14,648 nucleotides of DNA from a virus (lineage: Duplodnaviria > Heunggongvirae > Uroviricota > Caudoviricetes). Position 1 is the stretch's first letter; each line of letters opens with the position of its first letter. The notes under the pieces are model-generated. The model was not told the DNA's origin and did not search any database. It was given only the letters and a program-made list of their open reading frames with translations. The position numbers were made by a program, and so were the translations under genes. Location: the IMG/VR virus record IMGVR_UViG_2548876863_000002. One strand, given 5' to 3'. Below are positions 11,145-14,648 of this stretch, in pieces.

Positions 11145-11434
11145 AATTATGACCCTGTGGAGTGGTTGCTTGATTAGGATGTCTTTCCATCAGTCCGCCA
11201 CCACAAAGAATCTTTTTTTTGCCATAAGGCAGGAGGTTCATCTTTCAGTGGCTGCCAGTGTTATTTCCCCACTTACTGGCTTGGGTTGTTTCGCTGTACT
11301 GCCGTAACTGGTTACCCAGAATAAATTCCGGTTTCATTATCAAGCCCACCCGTAGATGGGCTTTGTAATGGATAGCTGTTGCTCAGTTCTCGTAATGCTT
11401 TGATTTTTCCGATAACGCAGTTTTGCGTTTGCCA

Positions 11435-11956
11435 TCAGCAAGCGATATCGAGAGTCAACTGCAGTTGCTCGCGCCAGTACTCGACATTTGCTTCAATAAC
11501 CGGCTTATCCCATCGCCAGCGAGCCATCTCTCTTGCCCCATTGCTGGCTTTTGATTTCCGGTCATCGCGAATGCGACATGCTTGCTCATATTTCTGCTGC
11601 TCAGTCAGTTCACCGCGAAGCAGACTATCAATGTGCAGGTCGCACCACACAGCAAAACGAGCATCACACCAACGGGCAAATGCAACTGAAAGTTTTGGAT
11701 GTAGCCACGTACCACCACCCCTGTCCTTTCGTGCCTTGCTGGTTTTTACATACCTCGATTGTGAGGGATGTAAAATTTGAGATTCTTTCCCGGTCAACGC
11801 TTCGTCTAAAGCACGAACGTATTCAAGCGTTTCTGCCAAACGCATCCAGTTATCAATGCGTTTCCCAAATCTCTCAGCAACACCTGTGACGTTGATCCAA
11901 CCATCAGTGTTGAAACTGACAATTTCACCTTTGTAATTAAGTGGCACGATATTCAT
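11435..11956 (-). CDS. KilA-N domain protein (173 aa)
   Basis: ATG at 11956-11954. Carries the KilA-N-type signature: ...FGKRIDNWMRLAETLEYVRAL...GGGTWLHPKLSVAFARWCDARFAVWCD. Confidence 0.65.
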   Translation of the reverse strand: MNIVPLNYKGEIVSFNTDGWINVTGVAERFGKRIDNWMRLAETLEYVRALDEALTGKESQILHPSQSRYVKTSKARKDRGGGTWLHPKLSVAFARWCDARFAVWCDLHIDSLLRGELTEQQKYEQACRIRDDRKSKASNGAREMARWRWDKPVIEANVEYWREQLQLTLDIAC

Positions 11957-12071
11957 AACGTTTACCTACCATTTGAAATGAACCTTTGCCGCACAGGAAA
12001 CCAGCCCACCGAGGCTCGCCAGCACTAACTGGTATCCTCAAAGGCCCATTCCAAAGGGTCAGGTTCGGTGT

Positions 12072-12098
12072 AAAAAACATGCGTTGCGGTACGCATTT
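12072..12098 (-). terminator. Intrinsic terminator (second of a tandem pair downstream of Rz/Rz1)
   Basis: Minus-strand RNA AUGCGU-ACCGCA-ACGCAU followed by GUUUUUUA. The same hairpin is followed by UUUAUU on the plus strand, so it may act in both directions. Confidence 0.55.
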
Positions 12099-12103
12099 AT
12101 TGC

Positions 12104-12126
12104 AAAAAAGCCCCGCATCGCGAGGC
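12104..12126 (-). terminator. Intrinsic terminator (first of a tandem pair downstream of Rz/Rz1)
   Basis: Minus-strand RNA GCCUCGC-GAU-GCGGGGC (7 bp including one G-U pair) followed by UUUUUU, about 30 nt after the Rz stop. Confidence 0.6.
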
Positions 12127-12158
12127 TCATTAAATGGACTTTGTGATTTGCAAAAAAA

Positions 12159-12596
12159 TTACTTCAGGCATTGCGTCCTGATGTACTCCTGCAGGTAGTT
12201 AACCTGCGCGGTTATCCTGTCGATTCCACTTCGGAGACGGTAATAATTGAGTTCAGCATCTGCTGTAAGTCTTGGGCTTTCTCCATCGCCCATGCTGCTG
12301 GCTCCGGTCGTTGACTTTGCACAGGTGGCGGCGACTTGCAGGCGCTTACGACCAGCAGAAACATCAGCACGGAGACTTTCGATAGTCGCGTTAGCATCAG
12401 CAAGCTCCTTTGTATATCTGGCATCGAGTTCTGCTACGTCACGTTGACGCTTCTGCATGTCAGCAATGATGTACGTGGCCTTATCGCGCTGTTCTTTATA
12501 GGCAATGGCTTTATCACGGTAATGATTAACAGCCCATGACAGGCAGACGATGATGCAGATAACCAGAGCGGAGATAATCGCGGTTACTCTGCTCAT
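12159..12596 (-). CDS. Rz: Rz i-spanin (inner-membrane spanin subunit)
   Basis: From the ATG at 12596-12594 the product begins [28 protein letters not shown], essentially the lambda Rz N-terminus. The start overlaps the endolysin stop as ATGA. The track ORF starts 4 codons earlier (MGAAM). Confidence 0.85.
12212..12397 (-). CDS. Rz1: Rz1 o-spanin (outer-membrane lipoprotein), nested in Rz in the +1 frame
   Basis: ATG at 12397-12395 with AAGGAG 7 nt upstream. Signal peptide [20 protein letters not shown] with lipobox Cys, then a Pro-rich mature region ([16 protein letters not shown]). 61 aa, entirely inside Rz. Confidence 0.78.
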   Translation of the reverse strand: MLTRLSKVSVLMFLLVVSACKSPPPVQSQRPEPAAWAMEKAQDLQQMLNSIITVSEVESTG

Positions 12597-13097
12597 TGCT
12601 GCCCCCATAAACAGACTTCACGCTCAATCTCACGGCGAGTCATCAGCCCTTTCCATTGCTTACCGCCAGCGTATGTCCAGCGACGTAGCTGGTCACATGC
12701 GCCTTTGATATCACCCTGGTTTATTTTGCGAAGAAGCGTCGATGTTCTGAAATTGCCAGCCCCCCACGTTGTAGACGAACGAGTAAAGAGCGCCGCGCGT
12801 TGTTTCCGGTATATCGACTTTGATGTACGGGTTAATTTGTCTGGCGACCGTGGCAAGGTCTTTATTCAGGAGAGCTTTGCATTCTGCTTCGGTATACGTT
12901 TTACCGAGCATGATGTCTTTTCCTGTATGCCCGTAACATACAGTCCATACACCAACTATGTCTTTGTAAGGATTATGTCTCACACCTTCCAGACCATCGT
13001 TACCACTTGGGCCAGTGATTAACACAGATGCTATAGCAATAGCCCCGCCACTTATCGCCGCTATTACGCTATTTCGTAGTGCCGGTGACATTGCCAT
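12593..13097 (-). pseudogene. SAR endolysin (phage 21 R-type lysozyme) interrupted by a +1 frameshift
   Basis: The N-terminal ORF (12711-13097) has a Gly/Ala-rich signal-anchor-release helix ([16 protein letters not shown]) and the E-x8-D-x5-T catalytic motif ([17 protein letters not shown]). The C-terminal part continues in another frame (12593-12856: ...[55 protein letters not shown]). The frames meet at a C6 run on the plus strand (12760-12765); one fewer G would give a continuous ~167-aa protein reading ...[11 protein letters not shown].... Confidence 0.7.
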
Positions 13098-13272
13098 TCA
13101 ATCTGTCCTCGCGCTCTTTGCGCTTGTAGTACCAGTTGATGCCAAATGTGCCGACAGTACAAAGAATACCAATGATGACAGCCCAGTCATTCAGGGAGAG
13201 AATGCCACCCATCGCAGTCAGTCCTCCGAAGCTGTAACTGAACCATTCTCTGATTTTGTCCATACGGTACAT
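13069..13272 (-). CDS. Class II holin (pinholin-like, two transmembrane segments) with dual-start motif
   Basis: 67 aa beginning M-Y-R-M (ATG TAC CGT ATG at 13272-13261), i.e. two in-frame starts separated by a basic residue, as in lambda S. Gly-rich first segment ([17 protein letters not shown]), more hydrophobic second segment, charged C-terminus. Its 3' end overlaps the endolysin start. Confidence 0.7.
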   Translation of the reverse strand: MYRMDKIREWFSYSFGGLTAMGGILSLNDWAVIIGILCTVGTFGINWYYKRKEREDRLNGNVTGTTK

Positions 13273-13278
13273 GCTCTA

Positions 13279-13294
13279 CCCCTTCATTGAGGGG
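13279..13294 (-). promoter_or_regulatory. Stem-loop over the holin ribosome-binding site (analogue of the lambda S upstream hairpin)
   Basis: Minus-strand CCCCU-CAAUGA-AGGGG ends 6 nt before the first holin ATG and contains the GAAGGGG ribosome-binding sequence. Lambda has CCCCUUAUUGGGGG at the same place. Confidence 0.45.
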
Positions 13295-13562
13295 ATTTGC
13301 TCTATTTAATTAGGAATAAGGTCGATTACTGATAGAACAAATCCAGGCTACTGTGTTTAGTAATCAGATTTGTTCGTGACCGATATGCACGGGCAAAACG
13401 GCATCAGGTTGTTAGCGCAACCTCTTGCCACCCGCTTTCACGAAGCCAGCCATTGAGCTGGTTTTCTTTTATGCAAAGCACACCGCACCGTAGCCACAGC
13501 GGATAAGGTGAGGGTTTTGTCTGTCTGGTTTTTGGTGGAATGCGCTTTCAGAAATGTCGTGC

Positions 13563-13586
13563 AATAAAAAGGCCGCCTTAGCGACC
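13563..13586 (-). terminator. Intrinsic terminator of the cargo ORF
   Basis: Minus-strand RNA GGUCGC-UAAG-GCGGCC followed by UUUUUAUU; the ORF's UAA stop codon sits in the loop. Confidence 0.55.
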
Positions 13587-13853
13587 TTTATTTGAATTTG
13601 GATTCCCTCTCCATTTCCATTCATCTTTATGAGCTGCAACGCCAAGTTCGGTAAGAGAGTAGTATTGCATTAAGCTATGATATCCGCCGTTATTATCACG
13701 GTCGAAAAAGCCAACAGCAAGATATCCATGACGGACCAATGAGTCAACCATGAGAATCTCATCATCCTGTACGTCAGAATCAGCAATTCTCTCCTGCTTA
13801 AATTGAAGAATTCGATTGAGAAAATGCAGTTCTCTTCCAGAGATTTTTTCCAT
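13578..13853 (-). CDS. Hypothetical small protein, cargo (moron-type) gene between tR' and the holin (91 aa; 118 aa from the alternative start at 13934)
   Basis: The frame is open from the ATG at 13934, which has no ribosome-binding site. The internal ATG at 13853-13851 has GAGG 5 nt upstream. Visibly AT-richer than the flanking late genes and followed by its own terminator. No homolog recognised. Confidence 0.45.
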   Translation of the reverse strand: MEKISGRELHFLNRILQFKQERIADSDVQDDEILMVDSLVRHGYLAVGFFDRDNNGGYHSLMQYYSLTELGVAAHKDEWKWRGNPNSNKGR

Positions 13854-14163
13854 AACAACCTCGTCTAGTTGCTCGTCTATGTTCGCTATGGCAGGCAGTG
13901 ACGATACTGCTTTTCGACTGGCCGGTCTAGCCATAGCTGAAGGGGACCAGTTACGTTTATCAGGCGTCTTTCGACCGATTTCCTGAGGTAGCAGGTTAGG
14001 ATGTGGTGGCTACTACGTGAGACTTAGCTCAGCGCCCTACAGGAAGGTTCTTTGGCTGAGTACCCATTACAAACCCTGTTTTAACCACATGGGGAAGCCA
14101 ACTCTCCCAAATACTTAGTGTCGAGCCTAAGCAGGGCATGAAAGAAGGCTTTCCGTTGTGCTT

Positions 14164-14200
14164 AAAACGCAAAAAGCCCCGAGACGTTAATATCAGGGCT
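14164..14200 (-). terminator. tR'-like intrinsic terminator of the short pR' leader transcript
   Basis: Minus-strand RNA AGCCCUGA-(10 nt)-UCGGGGCU (8 bp, one G-U pair) followed by UUUUUGCGUUUU, about 25-60 nt downstream of the predicted pR' start. Confidence 0.5.
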
Positions 14201-14219
14201 TGAACGAAGGCAGCAACCC

Positions 14220-14261
14220 ATCGTTAGAGTCAAATTTACCCAACTTTATTCAAAAAGTCAA
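14220..14261 (-). promoter_or_regulatory. Late promoter pR' with Q-utilisation region and pause-inducing element
   Basis: Minus strand TTGACT-(17 nt)-TAAATT-TGACTCT-AACGATGGGTT is near-identical to lambda pR' as I recall it (TTGACTTATTGAATAAAATTGGGTAAATTTGACTCAACGATGGG). The -35 is at 14261-14256, the -10 at 14238-14233, and the AACGAT element at 14225-14220. Confidence 0.8.
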
Positions 14262-14303
14262 TATCATGCCGTTAATATGTTGCCATCCGTGGCAATCATG
14301 CTG

Positions 14304-14648
14304 CTAACGTGTGACTGCATTCAAAATGTTGTCTGCGATTGACTCTTCCTTGTGGCATTGAACCACCAGAGCGTCATACAGCGGCTTAACAGTGCGTGAC
14401 CAGGTGGGTTGAGTAAGATTTGGGATTAGCATCGTTACAGCGCGATATGCGGCGCTTGCTGGCATTCTTGAATAGCCGACACCTTTGCATCTTCCGCATT
14501 CTTTCTCAACAACTCTCCCCCACTGCTCTGTTTTTGCTATATCAACTGCCCGACCTGTACCGTGGCAATCTCTGCATCTTGCGCCCGGCGTCGCGGCACT
14601 ACGGCAATAATCCGCATAAGCGAATGTTGCGAGCACTTGCAGTACCTT
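14304..14648 (-). CDS. Q: Late antiterminator Q, lambda type (C-terminal part; 5' end beyond the window)
   Basis: The frame is open to the window edge; the track's M at 14636 is a GTG inside the gene. Sequence ...ATFAYADYCRSAATPGARCRDCHGTGRAVD...CGRCKGVGYSRMPASAAYRAVTMLIPNLTQPTWSRTVKPLYDALVVQCHKEESIADNILNAVTR matches the lambda Q zinc-binding C-terminus from memory. Stop TAG at 14306-14304, about 45 nt before pR'. Confidence 0.8.
   Translation of the reverse strand, partial: KVLQVLATFAYADYCRSAATPGARCRDCHGTGRAVDIAKTEQWGRVVEKECGRCKGVGYSRMPASAAYRAVTMLIPNLTQPTWSRTVKPLYDALVVQCHKEESIADNILNAVTR

Noticed and set aside
11986-12198. 70-aa plus-strand ORF at the position where lambda carries bor on the opposite strand
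   Set aside because: No signal peptide or lipobox, the product is not Bor-like, and it overlaps the tandem terminators and the Rz 3' end.
12711-13097. Treating the 128-aa and 87-aa minus-strand ORFs as two separate genes
   Set aside because: They are the N- and C-terminal parts of a single SAR endolysin separated by a +1 shift in a G6 run.
13940-14160. A complete tRNA gene downstream of pR'
   Set aside because: Only fragments are present; no T-loop consensus and no consistent acceptor or anticodon stems could be folded by eye.
1-14648. CRISPR array, IS element or integrase/att site
   Set aside because: No spaced direct-repeat array, no terminal inverted repeats flanking a transposase-like ORF, and no recombinase ORF in any frame.

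Overview
The window is the late operon of a mosaic P22-like temperate podophage or prophage of Enterobacteriaceae, with every credible gene on the minus strand (transcription runs from high to low coordinates). In that order it contains: the 3' part of a lambda-type Q antiterminator gene (runs off the right edge); a lambda-like pR' late promoter with a short terminated leader; a small AT-rich cargo ORF with its own terminator; a lysis cassette (dual-start pinholin-like holin, a SAR endolysin split by a +1 frameshift in a G6 run, and nested Rz/Rz1 spanins); tandem terminators; a three-gene accessory block (KilA-N protein plus two unknowns); then the P22-type morphogenesis module (small and large terminase, portal, scaffold, coat, gp4, gp10, a knob-bearing tail needle, gp14-like and gp7-like proteins). 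The next gene (gp20-like) must start just beyond position 1. Homology calls rest on reading the ORF translations against remembered P22, lambda and phage 21 sequences; no search was run. No rRNA, tRNA, CRISPR array or IS element was found. The most notable items are the frameshifted endolysin, the cargo ORF between tR' and the holin, and the accessory block between the spanins and terminase.
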